From IMG/VR virus record IMGVR_UViG_3300030102_005935, positions 1 through 53,001 of that record: a stretch of DNA of 53,001 nucleotides; one strand, written 5' to 3'. The translations under genes and the position numbers were made by a program. This DNA comes from a virus (lineage: Duplodnaviria; Caudoviricetes). Shown here one piece after another: positions 37,736 through 47,700 of this stretch. Numbering within the stretch: the first letter of the stretch is position 1; the number at the start of each line of letters is the position of its first letter. The notes beneath the pieces are model-generated. The model did no database searches, was not told the DNA's origin, and saw nothing but the letters and a program-made list of their open reading frames with translations.

Positions 37736-38017
37736 ATGAATCCAATGAAAGAAGCGTGGAAAGTCTTGAAGGCTTACGACCCCGAAACAGACCCGCGCAT
37801 TCAAGGTTATTTATCACAAAGCAACAGACCCGAAGGTAATAGGGCTTATCGCGTAAACCCTCCACAGCCATGTTCTCAATGCGGTGAAGAAACAACTGAT
37901 ACAGTTGAAAGCGGAACAAAACCTATTTGTAGTGGGTGTAAAATGTCTTACTTATTATCAAAACCCAATAAGGATTCACAGAATCCTTTAACTGATTTGT
38001 TTGGTGGTGGTCAATAA
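37736..38017 (+). CDS. Small Zn-finger protein with N-terminal MKEAWKVLKA motif
   Basis: CSQCG...CSGC. Confidence 0.78.
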   Translation: MNPMKEAWKVLKAYDPETDPRIQGYLSQSNRPEGNRAYRVNPPQPCSQCGEETTDTVESGTKPICSGCKMSYLLSKPNKDSQNPLTDLFGGGQ

Positions 38018-38289
38018 TGGAAGAAATAATCAAGAAAGCCATCTCCGATTCTGTTCGCGAGACAGTCATGCAAGCACGCGAAAACAGCGTGTTTACTGAT
38101 GAAGGGCGTATATTTCTTGATGCATCAGCAAGTCTTTACGGCGCAGCAGTCAACAATGATGGTCTAATCATTGATGAAAATGGCAATGTTATGACTGACA
38201 AAGACCCGAATTACCAAATCATAATCAACACGGCGAAGAAACAGGCTCGCGCACAATCAGCATTAGGGAGTGATTTACTTGGCTCTTGA
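38017..38289 (+). CDS. Hypothetical neck-region protein, 90 aa
   Basis: TAATG coupling, position in the neck cluster. Confidence 0.75.
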   Translation: MEEIIKKAISDSVRETVMQARENSVFTDEGRIFLDASASLYGAAVNNDGLIIDENGNVMTDKDPNYQIIINTAKKQARAQSALGSDLLGS

Positions 38290-38719
38290 ATCTGTTGAAC
38301 TGATTAAAAAAATACTCACTGATAATTGGAACCGTGGTAACACAAACCAAAGCACACCGATTATTGAAGATATTACAACTGTTGAGGCTGGTCGCGGTAA
38401 GCGTATTGACCTCACTAATAAAGATGCTATTTTGTTATACGAGACTGTTCACAATGAGGAACAGCCGGAGGTGTTCTATGATTTTGTCCATACGCGAATC
38501 AATGTCACGGTTGATGCGCGCACAATGAAAGGGAGGTCCCATCTAATGAAAATGGAAGATGAAGTTCGGCGCGTGGTTCATAGCCAAAGAAAAGGCGATG
38601 GCGCGAATTTTGACCGATTACTCTATAAGATGAGAACTGACCTTTCCGATAGGACGAAGAGGTTGCATCGCATGACCTTCCAAGTGGAAATAGTTATCTT
38701 TAGCGAACTCATAGCGTGA
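38270..38719 (+). CDS. Putative tail terminator/completion protein
   Basis: About 145 aa, alpha/beta pattern (INVTVDART, EVRRVV, MTFQVEIV) directly before the major tail protein. Confidence 0.6.
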   Translation: MIYLALESVELIKKILTDNWNRGNTNQSTPIIEDITTVEAGRGKRIDLTNKDAILLYETVHNEEQPEVFYDFVHTRINVTVDARTMKGRSHLMKMEDEVRRVVHSQRKGDGANFDRLLYKMRTDLSDRTKRLHRMTFQVEIVIFSELIA

Positions 38720-38739
38720 ACAAAGGCGGAGCAGGTAGT

Positions 38740-40662
38740 ATGGCATCAACAGTGTATAAAGGCGATTTATCCGAGGTTACATTCGGTAAAGAATGTGGGT
38801 TGGCATTGAAGCATGGTGGCTTCGGTGGCGCATTCCAATTTGAAACAAACGCTGCTGGGACTCAAATTGCATTCAGTGGCGCGACCGAAGGTTTCTTTGA
38901 CGGCTCATCCAACCTTCGCTACCCTGTTGGTATGCTCGTCGGCTCTCAACTTCGCGTCAACGGTGCTGGTAATTTCACTGACGATGACAACGCTACGAAA
39001 GGCCATGTCTATACTATCGTTGCAAATAGTGGCGCGACACTCACTGTTTCGCCAGCAATGAAAGCAGTAAGCACAACTTCAACCACTGGTGATGAATTAC
39101 TCATTGATACTCTTGCTACACCAACAATTGATACAGGAATGACATTCAACGCTAATGCTTCTTCCTCCGATGAGTCGGTTCTTACAGACCAGTTTATCGG
39201 CCTCGCAGCAACAGTCGCGCTACCGGAGACAAAAGTTGAGATTCGCCGTTCTCATGTAGTTGGTGTTGGTCGTGATATTGTTATTCAAGAACCACAGCGG
39301 TTTTCTAACGAAGGTGGTTCTCTTGAGACAATGATGAACAGCGCGCGTTGGTTATACTACTCACTTGGTCGCGAAGTTATTGATGTTCCCGGCACACTCA
39401 TGAGCGACCCCAGCGGACACACAAAAGTTGACATTTCTGCTGGTGATACATTCATAGCCTATTCAGCAGGGACACTTACCAATCTTGACGCGGGTGATTA
39501 TGTTATAGTGGAAGACGGAACAACAGTTAACTATCCTACTGACATTGCTGAACCAAGTGGAACAAAGTGGGGTGATGGTGCAACTGGTATCGCTTTACAA
39601 CACGCAGAACGAAATGAGATTCGTCAAGTGCTTTACATTGACACTACACTAAGACGCATACATGTTGAAGAACCATTTTACTTCAATCACGCCGCGGACA
39701 ATTACACTCTAAGGAGAGTCAAATACATGAGCGGTTCCGGCAATGGTTCACCAAACTTTGACACAGGAGCAAGCGACTTCGGCAACATCACTAACCGTCA
39801 AGACCGACTTATCTTTCAAGGAGCGACCTTACCAACTTTCTCAATTGAATCCAGCATTCGCACACACAACACTGGCTCATTCAATGCAAGCGGCGAAGGC
39901 ACATCAGCCCCCGGCTCGGTAAACGACAGTAAGCAACTTACGCGCGTTTGGCGAGGTTGTAAAGTCAAAGATTTTTCCCTCGCGGCTGATGCTGATGCGG
40001 AAGTAAAAATGACTGTTAACTTTGATGCGCTTTACTGCTACACTGACACAGGCCGTCTTGAAGATGGTGCGAACAAAGGCGACCGATACACTGCGCATCG
40101 TATGTTTGAGAACACTGCTAATAGTGCAGTCAACAGAAAGAAAGCGGGAATCGCGCCTAATACAGAAAAACCATTTTTCTTTTACAACGGTCAAATCAGT
40201 GCATTTGGAATTAACATCGCGCAAGTCACTAACTTTGCGTTAAGTGGTAACAACAACTCCGAAGCAATTTATACTATTCGCGGTAATGGTCAAGCAGAAT
40301 CCCGTAACAATGCTGGTGATTCTCTTGAGCAAGTTCCATTCGGCGGCTCTCGCAATGCTAATCTCATGATTGAGAAAGCGATGGAGTATGAGTTGTCTAT
40401 GACTGTCATTGCTTCCGACCCTCTCATCTTCCATGAATTTAGGACTAACAGAACACACGACCATACTGAACCAATTACACTGACACTAACAAAGGCTGGT
40501 GCAGGTGCTAACCGTGAAGAAGTAATTATCATTATTGATGATTACATTATTGATTCTGCTACTCTCCCTATACCGGAAGACAAGGGTGTTATAAAGTCCG
40601 AATTAGCAATCAAACCAAAGCATGTGCGAGTTATTTCTCGCGATGCGTTTTTACACATGTGA
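38740..40662 (+). CDS. Major tail (tube) protein with inserted accessory domains (start likely ATG 38740)
   Basis: LPTFSIE, RVWRGCKVKDFSL, VKMTVNF, VTNFALSGNNN are tail-tube-like; precedes chaperones and tape measure. Confidence 0.78.
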   Translation: MASTVYKGDLSEVTFGKECGLALKHGGFGGAFQFETNAAGTQIAFSGATEGFFDGSSNLRYPVGMLVGSQLRVNGAGNFTDDDNATKGHVYTIVANSGATLTVSPAMKAVSTTSTTGDELLIDTLATPTIDTGMTFNANASSSDESVLTDQFIGLAATVALPETKVEIRRSHVVGVGRDIVIQEPQRFSNEGGSLETMMNSARWLYYSLGREVIDVPGTLMSDPSGHTKVDISAGDTFIAYSAGTLTNLDAGDYVIVEDGTTVNYPTDIAEPSGTKWGDGATGIALQHAERNEIRQVLYIDTTLRRIHVEEPFYFNHAADNYTLRRVKYMSGSGNGSPNFDTGASDFGNITNRQDRLIFQGATLPTFSIESSIRTHNTGSFNASGEGTSAPGSVNDSKQLTRVWRGCKVKDFSLAADADAEVKMTVNFDALYCYTDTGRLEDGANKGDRYTAHRMFENTANSAVNRKKAGIAPNTEKPFFFYNGQISAFGINIAQVTNFALSGNNNSEAIYTIRGNGQAESRNNAGDSLEQVPFGGSRNANLMIEKAMEYELSMTVIASDPLIFHEFRTNRTHDHTEPITLTLTKAGAGANREEVIIIIDDYIIDSATLPIPEDKGVIKSELAIKPKHVRVISRDAFLHM

Positions 40663-40671
40663 GGTGATTAA

Positions 40672-40815
40672 ATGAACAATGTATTTAGAGAAAGTTGGGG
40701 AACGCTGTTGAAAGAAAGTATGTGCAAGGGTGATGATTGTAAAGGTTGTCGTGGTTGTAAGACCTGTCCTAAATGCAAACCGGAAGGCTCAACTTGCGAA
40801 AAGAGAGGGTGTTGA
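40672..40815 (+). CDS. Small Cys-rich protein, 47 aa (not in the ORF track)
   Basis: GAGGTGA SD; MNNVFRESWGTLLKESMCKGDDCKGCRGCKTCPKCKPEGSTCEKRGC. Confidence 0.72.
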   Translation: MNNVFRESWGTLLKESMCKGDDCKGCRGCKTCPKCKPEGSTCEKRGC

Positions 40816-40817
40816 AA

Positions 40818-41264
40818 ATGAAGCGCGATATGCACATTGGAGGCAATAGACCACTTTACATTCGCGCTGTTGAAAAAGATACTTTTGTTGTTGAAGAAGT
40901 TGAAGAAGTATTCAACCCCGAAGCCGCAAAAACTGACGGCAATCCATTCCCCGAAGAACTGCAAGAAGAAGCAGTTGAAGAAACGACCCCGCTTGAAGAA
41001 GAGGGTCCTACTGATTACGAGTCCATGACTGTTGAAGAACTAAAAGCACTTTTACGAGCGCGCGGTCTTCCAGTCACAGGCACAAAGGCGGAACTCATTA
41101 CCCGCCTTACCGAAGCCGATACCCCCTCCGAACAAGAGGCTGTTGAAGCGGAGGCTGTCGTTCCCTCCGAACAAGAGGCCGCGACCAGTAGTGAGGGAGT
41201 AAGTGATAACAATGCCGAAGATAGCGGACCCGATGAGCCTCTTGGTGAACAGCCAAGCGGTTGA
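40818..41264 (+). CDS. Acidic protein with SAP DNA-binding domain (start revised to ATG 40818)
   Basis: DYESMTVEELKALLRARGLPVTGTKAELITRL is a canonical SAP motif. Confidence 0.85.
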   Translation: MKRDMHIGGNRPLYIRAVEKDTFVVEEVEEVFNPEAAKTDGNPFPEELQEEAVEETTPLEEEGPTDYESMTVEELKALLRARGLPVTGTKAELITRLTEADTPSEQEAVEAEAVVPSEQEAATSSEGVSDNNAEDSGPDEPLGEQPSG

Positions 41265-41574
41265 GCATGAAATAAGAGCAGACGAAGAAGACCCCGATGT
41301 GGTCGTGAAAGTGTGGGTAAAGGAACTCTCCTTTATGCAGTTGCAAGAAGCAATCAAAACTTTCGTGTCCATCAGCGCAGACGGTTCAATAGATATTGAC
41401 CTCGCGCAATATTGGAAATATATGTTTGCTGAAGGAATTGAAAAAACTGAGCCTCGCTTATCTATACCGCAAATGTTGTCACTAAGACCATACATCGCTA
41501 CTCAAATCACAGCGTTGTTACCACAACCACAGGACATGATGAGCGGCCCTTTAGCGGATGGCGCGACAGAATAG
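41212..41574 (+). CDS. Tail assembly chaperone (gpG-like)
   Basis: About 120 aa between tail tube and tape measure; slippery heptamer near the 3' end. Confidence 0.75.
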   Translation: MPKIADPMSLLVNSQAVEHEIRADEEDPDVVVKVWVKELSFMQLQEAIKTFVSISADGSIDIDLAQYWKYMFAEGIEKTEPRLSIPQMLSLRPYIATQITALLPQPQDMMSGPLADGATE

Positions 41575-41834
41575 ATGAAGCCTATGAGTTTCTTCGTAAG
41601 CCGTCGCACAATCTTGAACATGGATTCAACGCGGCGGCATATTTTGTCGCGAAACATTACGGAATCAGTATGCAAGAAGTGTGGGATATGAGTATAGAAG
41701 CATTTGAGCAGTCTTTCATTTGGGCTAATGCTGCTGAAAAGATTAAAGGCGAGGAAATGGAAAAGGCAACCGAAGGAGCAAAGAAGAAGACACGCGTAGG
41801 GTCAACACACGGACCGATGCCGTTTAGCAATTAG
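41547..41834 (+). CDS. -1 frameshift extension of the tail assembly chaperone (gpGT-like)
   Basis: C CCT TTA at 41547-41553; the -1 frame is open for 95 codons to TAG 41834 (SGWRDRIDEAYEFL...YFVAKHYGISMQEVWDMSIEAF...). Confidence 0.8.
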   Translation, partial: PFSGWRDRIDEAYEFLRKPSHNLEHGFNAAAYFVAKHYGISMQEVWDMSIEAFEQSFIWANAAEKIKGEEMEKATEGAKKKTRVGSTHGPMPFSN

Positions 41835-41842
41835 GTGATAAT

Positions 41843-43555
41843 ATGGCAGATATGGCAAAACTCAACGATGACACAAGGGCTGTTATCAAACAGTTAGAAC
41901 TGTTGGGTGTTGTTAATCTAAATACTACAAAGAAAATGGGATTGTTTGAAAAACAAAAAGTGAAAGTCACAAACGCGCTTAGAAAATCACCAATCGCTGG
42001 TATGATTAAAACACTAACTGGATACGCGCAGTCAGTAGGTAAGGTAACGAAGATAACAGGACAAAATGCAACGATGACCAAAGAGCAAAAAGAAGAACAT
42101 CGCAAATCCATGACAGTAATGGAAAAACTTGTAGCCGCGACTATCGCTCATGGTGTAGCACAGAAGATGAGCAACAAACTATTGAAAATCTCCAACAACC
42201 GTGTCACGCGCTTGATGACATCAATGTTTTCGTTAGTTAGTATTTTCCTCATCGTCGGTTTTGCACTCGCGGCATTATCAGTTGCTTTTGATGGGGCGAA
42301 TAGTCCGCTGCTTAAAATGACCGAGGATTTAGGACCATTACATGACGCAATGCAAGGGTTGGTGCTTGTCATATCGGGCGAAGGCGACGAGGGTGGATTA
42401 AACGCCGCGCTTGATGTTCTTGCTGCTGCGTTCTTTACTGCTGGTGCAGCATCACTTCTTCTTGGTGGAACTGTCGGTGTTTTGTTAGCGTTTGTTGTTT
42501 TAGCCGTAGGTGGAGCGCGAATGTTTTACAATGAATTTGAAAATCTATATGCGTCTATCCTTGTTGGTGTTGGTATATTCACAACTCTAATTGGTTCAGT
42601 ATTGATGTTGAAAACTGTTTTCGCCGCGTTGAAGGCGGGAACTATTATTGCTGTCAAAGGCACAGTAGGTGCAGTAGTAGCAGGTATCGGTCTTTTGATT
42701 GGTGGTATAGGCGGTTTGGTAGCGTTCGCTATGGGTGCAGGTGAAGGTATCAAAGCGGTTCTTCTTGCTGTTCTTAGCGCAATTGCAATATTTGTCGGTG
42801 CTGTTTTGCTTGGTTTAGGGGCTATCCCTGCCGCTATAATCGCTGGTATTGCTTTAGTTATTGCAATCATCGTTCGTTTTTGGGACGACATAAAAGAGAT
42901 AGTGTCCGGTGCTTTGACATGGTTATTTGAGGCTGGCGCGTTTTTGTTTTACAGCGCAGTAGCAGGTCTTGGTGCTTTAATTGGTGGTTTGATTGGTATC
43001 ATCACTGGTGCAATAGGAGTAGTGCTTGGGCTTATCGCTGGTGTAATAAATGCGTTATTTGAAGTAGGTAAATCATTTTACGACGATGTTATCAAAGGTG
43101 GAGGGTCGCTTATTGATTGGTTCATCAGCATACCCAAAACAATCAAAGATGGATTTGTTGATGGATTCAAAAGCATCTTCAACGGTGTTACTGGTATTTA
43201 CAACAAATTTGCAAAGAAGATGAAGTTTGACATTCCCGATTGGGTTCCTGTTGTCGGAGGTAAAACATTCAAATTGCCGCTTATTCCAAAACTGGCAAAG
43301 GGTGGTATTGTTAATTCACCAACACTTGCAATGATTGGTGAAGACGGACCGGAGGCTGTTGTTCCTCTAAACCGCAAGAATAACCCAACAGGTATAGGTG
43401 TTGGAGGTGGAGGCGGCATAACTGTTAACATCAATGTCGGTGGCGTAACAGACAGGACTGATAAGCGCGCATTAGCGAAAGAAATAGGTGATTTGATACG
43501 CGCTGAAATGACTCGCGGTGGTCGCTCACACGGTAATAGGAGGTCAAGCGTATGA
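41843..43555 (+). CDS. Tape measure protein
   Basis: Long A/G/I/L-rich hydrophobic helices, C-terminal IPKLAKGGIVNSPTLAMIGEDGPEAVVPL; position after the chaperones. Confidence 0.88.
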   Translation: MADMAKLNDDTRAVIKQLELLGVVNLNTTKKMGLFEKQKVKVTNALRKSPIAGMIKTLTGYAQSVGKVTKITGQNATMTKEQKEEHRKSMTVMEKLVAATIAHGVAQKMSNKLLKISNNRVTRLMTSMFSLVSIFLIVGFALAALSVAFDGANSPLLKMTEDLGPLHDAMQGLVLVISGEGDEGGLNAALDVLAAAFFTAGAASLLLGGTVGVLLAFVVLAVGGARMFYNEFENLYASILVGVGIFTTLIGSVLMLKTVFAALKAGTIIAVKGTVGAVVAGIGLLIGGIGGLVAFAMGAGEGIKAVLLAVLSAIAIFVGAVLLGLGAIPAAIIAGIALVIAIIVRFWDDIKEIVSGALTWLFEAGAFLFYSAVAGLGALIGGLIGIITGAIGVVLGLIAGVINALFEVGKSFYDDVIKGGGSLIDWFISIPKTIKDGFVDGFKSIFNGVTGIYNKFAKKMKFDIPDWVPVVGGKTFKLPLIPKLAKGGIVNSPTLAMIGEDGPEAVVPLNRKNNPTGIGVGGGGGITVNINVGGVTDRTDKRALAKEIGDLIRAEMTRGGRSHGNRRSSV

Positions 43556-44721
43556 CCAAAGTTCGTTTAATTCGCAACGATGGAGCGGTGCTAACCGTTG
43601 ACGCTACTGATTATTCAGTGAATGTCACAAGAAGCGTTCCCGTTATGCCTGTTCCTGTTCTTGGTGAAAGATACGCGATTGACTTGAACATGGTCACAGC
43701 CGACTTCAAACTCAATGTCATACTCGCTGATGATGATTGCGCTTCTATTGCAAATGCACCAAGCGCAGCATCAGCAAACATAGACTTTAGCGCGTTAGCC
43801 AATGCTGATGGTGGAGTTCGTCAAGCGTATATGACAAGCGGAACAGTATCAGTTGATGACTTACATGATAATTACTTTGAGATTGAATCAAGTTATACAG
43901 GTGAAAACACTATCCGTCCTCCTGTTCGTATTAAGTTCAATAAGAACTCCGCTTCTCATAGTAGTTCAAATACACCATCAACAGTGCTTGTTGGTATTCA
44001 AGGAATTACAACAGATGACGCTTTAGCGGCGGCTGTAAAGACAGCGTGTGAAGCGGCTTCATTTACACAACAGTTGACAACCGCTGGTGGCACATCATTC
44101 AGTAGCGCGTTTACTATCACTGTAAGCAATGGAGTATTGACTAACAACGCGCGATTAACATTCACACAAACAGAAGCAGGTTTCGGTGGTAATAATTCAA
44201 CACCAGTGTTCAACAAAGGATTCAGTTCTGTCATACCTTTGTATGATGAATTTGCAGGTGGTTCTAACAAATCTTGCCGTAGCGCGGGTGATAAGTTGCA
44301 AGACCTCATTGCGTATGTAGGCAACGCGAGTCTTCTTGGTGCTTCCGGCTCCGCACTTGGTGGTCGCGCTGACCCCGATGATTCTAACTCTTTGATTGAG
44401 GCTGATGTAAGTCTATCCGATAAACAAACAGCAGATTACATTGTTGGTATGCAAATACCTTACAACTCTATGATTACCAGCACATCGGCTAACGATGACT
44501 ACACTGAAAGAAATCTTATCATGATAACAGGAAGAAGCGACGCTAATCAGCAAGACGCTTTAGCCAACAATCTTGATGTTGGGGTTGTATTTGACCCAAC
44601 TAACAAATACACAGGTATTGCTGGAACAGTAGTCGCTATGGCTTTCAACTATATTGCTGGTGAAAATGTGTATGAAGGTTCTTTGACTTTCATGCCGGTG
44701 GACTTTATCGTGGGGAGTTGA
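43552..44721 (+). CDS. Putative distal tail/baseplate hub protein with inserted domain
   Basis: Follows the tape measure; beta-rich; ATGA overlap. Confidence 0.65.
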   Translation: MTKVRLIRNDGAVLTVDATDYSVNVTRSVPVMPVPVLGERYAIDLNMVTADFKLNVILADDDCASIANAPSAASANIDFSALANADGGVRQAYMTSGTVSVDDLHDNYFEIESSYTGENTIRPPVRIKFNKNSASHSSSNTPSTVLVGIQGITTDDALAAAVKTACEAASFTQQLTTAGGTSFSSAFTITVSNGVLTNNARLTFTQTEAGFGGNNSTPVFNKGFSSVIPLYDEFAGGSNKSCRSAGDKLQDLIAYVGNASLLGASGSALGGRADPDDSNSLIEADVSLSDKQTADYIVGMQIPYNSMITSTSANDDYTERNLIMITGRSDANQQDALANNLDVGVVFDPTNKYTGIAGTVVAMAFNYIAGENVYEGSLTFMPVDFIVGS

Positions 44722-44722
44722 T

Positions 44723-47700
44723 ATGGCAGTTATTACTCTATCAAACCATGCGATGTTTTTCAATGGCGTAAGCGACAGTATAGTTTGCCCTCAAGGTGAT
44801 TTTACTAAAACCGGTCATAAGCGCGAATTATACGGTGGTGTTGCACGCTCTTCTGCTCCTGTTTTACAAGACGGTGATGGACATAGATTTGCTAACGCTA
44901 ACAATCAAACGCTGGACAAGTTTACAGTTGAGGCTTGGGTATCACCGGACTGCGGTGGTGTGATAGCAAGCAAAGCAGGTTTGTTTGAACTGAGTATGGG
45001 AACGGTAAACGCACCGGGTGTAGCATCATTCAAAGTTGAATTCACCAATGGTGTAACAGCAATTGCTTCAAGCGCAAATAATTACCCAACAGCCGCCGCT
45101 TCATTCATTAGCAACAATGTAGGATACAATGTAGGACAGCGCGAGTTGTATCATATTTCCGGTGAGTTCAATGGTGAGCAAGTAAAGTTGTATGTCAATG
45201 GAGAATTAATGGCTTCACATAAAATGAATAAGAAATACAAATGCAGTCTTAATGACCAAGATTTATTCATTGGCGGTAAAGGTGGTGAGTATCGTGGATA
45301 CATTGAATCATTGCATTGGAAAAGCGATGTATCAACTATGGAAAGTCGCGCTAAACCGCTTATGAAAGTTAACAGCACTATTGGTCTTTGGCGATTTGAA
45401 GAGCCGGTTGAAGTTGACGATGATGAATTTTACATCACATCAAATGTCAATGCGGGGGATACTACAATCACAATAGGTGCAACAGCCTGTCAAAAAATGT
45501 ATGAGTTAGTAAGTGGTAAATCCGACCCATTACTTACCACTTACACCCTTGAAAGTCTTGGTAATTATCAAGTAGCGAACCCAACACATTCGCTGGGTGC
45601 GCGAGTTATTAGCGTGGCTCATACACCATTCAATCTTATTATCAATCCAACGGCGACAGATACACTTACTGGACTACCAAACAATTCAGCACCGGAGCGT
45701 GTTCGTCTAAAACAAATCAGTCCTCTCGGAGCAATCACTGTTGAAAGCATACATCTTGACTTTAGCGTTTCAACTGACACAGGCGCGCGTGGCGTTTTAC
45801 ATTCACGCACAGCGTTTGATACAAGTAATAATTTTGCTAACGATTCAATGATGGTTCTTGTTCGGTCGGATTTACTTATTGACAGCGAAACCGGTAAGCC
45901 GTATCAGCGACTTGGAACAAGCAGTCAAGCCATAGATAGAACAGGAGCGATGGTTATAGATGAAAGCCCTAATGAGTTTCACGGATTTATCTATTCGCGC
46001 TCTCTTGCTGTTGGTAATACTTTTTCACCTGCTTCTTGGTCTATCGCGGAGAGGTTCAAAACAGGTCATACAGGTAGGCATAAACACACACAAAAAGAAG
46101 GACACTCATTCCTTCGTCTGCTACCACCAATACATGAACAAGAGTTGACAAGAACAATTGATGGTATATCCGATGATGCGCTAATCACCTTTGCTGGTAG
46201 TTATGTTGGACTCAAAGATGCTATACCTATCAACAGCAAAGCCGCTGTATCTCATACAGCGACAAACGCGCGTATCATGGAATTAAGAACATCGGCTACA
46301 ACTAACGGCGTTGTTCGCAATGGTCTGTATGGTATAGACAATAACCGCGACGGCGTTATTGCAATATCAGTTGATGACATAGAACCGTTCTTGTTGAAGG
46401 GTGGAGGTATAGGTGTTGATTCACAATCGGATAGTCAATACAAAAAACATCTTACACCCGAAAAAGATTCGCGAATTGCTATCCTTGAAGTGTCGGGTTT
46501 GACCGCTGGTTATGTTGAGGTTCACTATAACGCAGTTGACCTTACAGGAGAAAAAATGGGATTATCAAACCCGGCACTTCTTGTCACAAAAACAGTTCCC
46601 GACGGCGGTTGTTTTCTTAATACAAAACGCGTAGCCGAACACATCGCTGATGCCGTTGCTGCTGGCGCAACAATACATTCACCCGGTGGTGTCATCACTG
46701 CCTCTTCAAACGATATAGGAACCGCGCAAGTTGCGCTAAAGCCTCATCATCTTGTTGGTGATAACGCAGGTGGGTTTGATTATGAAAAGGATTTGAATGA
46801 GTCTTTGCTACCAGCAAACTACACTCCAAGATTTACAGGCGAAGAAGGTAATGCACCACCTCAAGGTGTTGCTACTACAACGCACCCGTCTGCTTATCAC
46901 AAGATACACATACAACCAATGCAAAGAAGCGCAAGCGACCCACCAGTAAATGAAGCACCCACGCACTACCAAGAGAGCGTTCAATTCGCTTCACAAAAAG
47001 GTGGAGCATTTGAGATGTTTGATATTATTGACAACGATAAAGTTGGTGATTCATACATATTCATTGTTCAACCAAGCAAGCGCGAAAGAACAATGCAGTT
47101 ATCGCGCGCTACACCAGCAACAGTTGATTTTAACGATTGCACATACTTTACTATTGAATATGTCCAATCAACAGTAAGAATATCCTCTATGGAGGTAAAT
47201 GATTCGGGTATGGGTCGTTATCTCATTATGGAAGGTCAAGGTATTATGACCGATGTATCCGACCAAACAGTATCATACGCGGGAGATGGTAGTCGTGATT
47301 CACACATCGTAAAAGAAATACAACCCGGCGCGCCTGTTGTTTCTGTTACTCTTGGTGGTCCCGGTCAAGGTGCTGTTAACACTAAACCGAGTTGGGACCC
47401 TGCAACATTATCGCGAGTAGGTTGGAATACACGACACGCTTGCGCTGTCGCAGTAAATGATTTTGATGGAGCAGCGGGAACAATAACAGTTCAACCCTTA
47501 AACAACAAAGGCCGTTTAGCAAATTGGGGAACATATTGTTTTCCAGCAACAGGGCGTATTTATTTATCAAATGGCGCGAATGCTGAATATGACTCTAAAA
47601 CATCAACTACATTTACATTTACGGGAGGTGCAGATAAATACATACTCGCTAATGGGAGGCGCGCTACGGATTTTGCTGATTGGGTAACATCAACTGGATT

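Noticed and set aside
41124-41179. 17-bp direct repeat CCCTCCGAACAAGAGGC
   Set aside because: Only two copies, in frame (PSEQEA) in a low-complexity linker; not CRISPR-like or att-like
2785-43802. Numerous short minus-strand ORFs in the track
   Set aside because: They lie antisense to long plus-strand genes and lack SD or motifs; only 12295-12603 was retained
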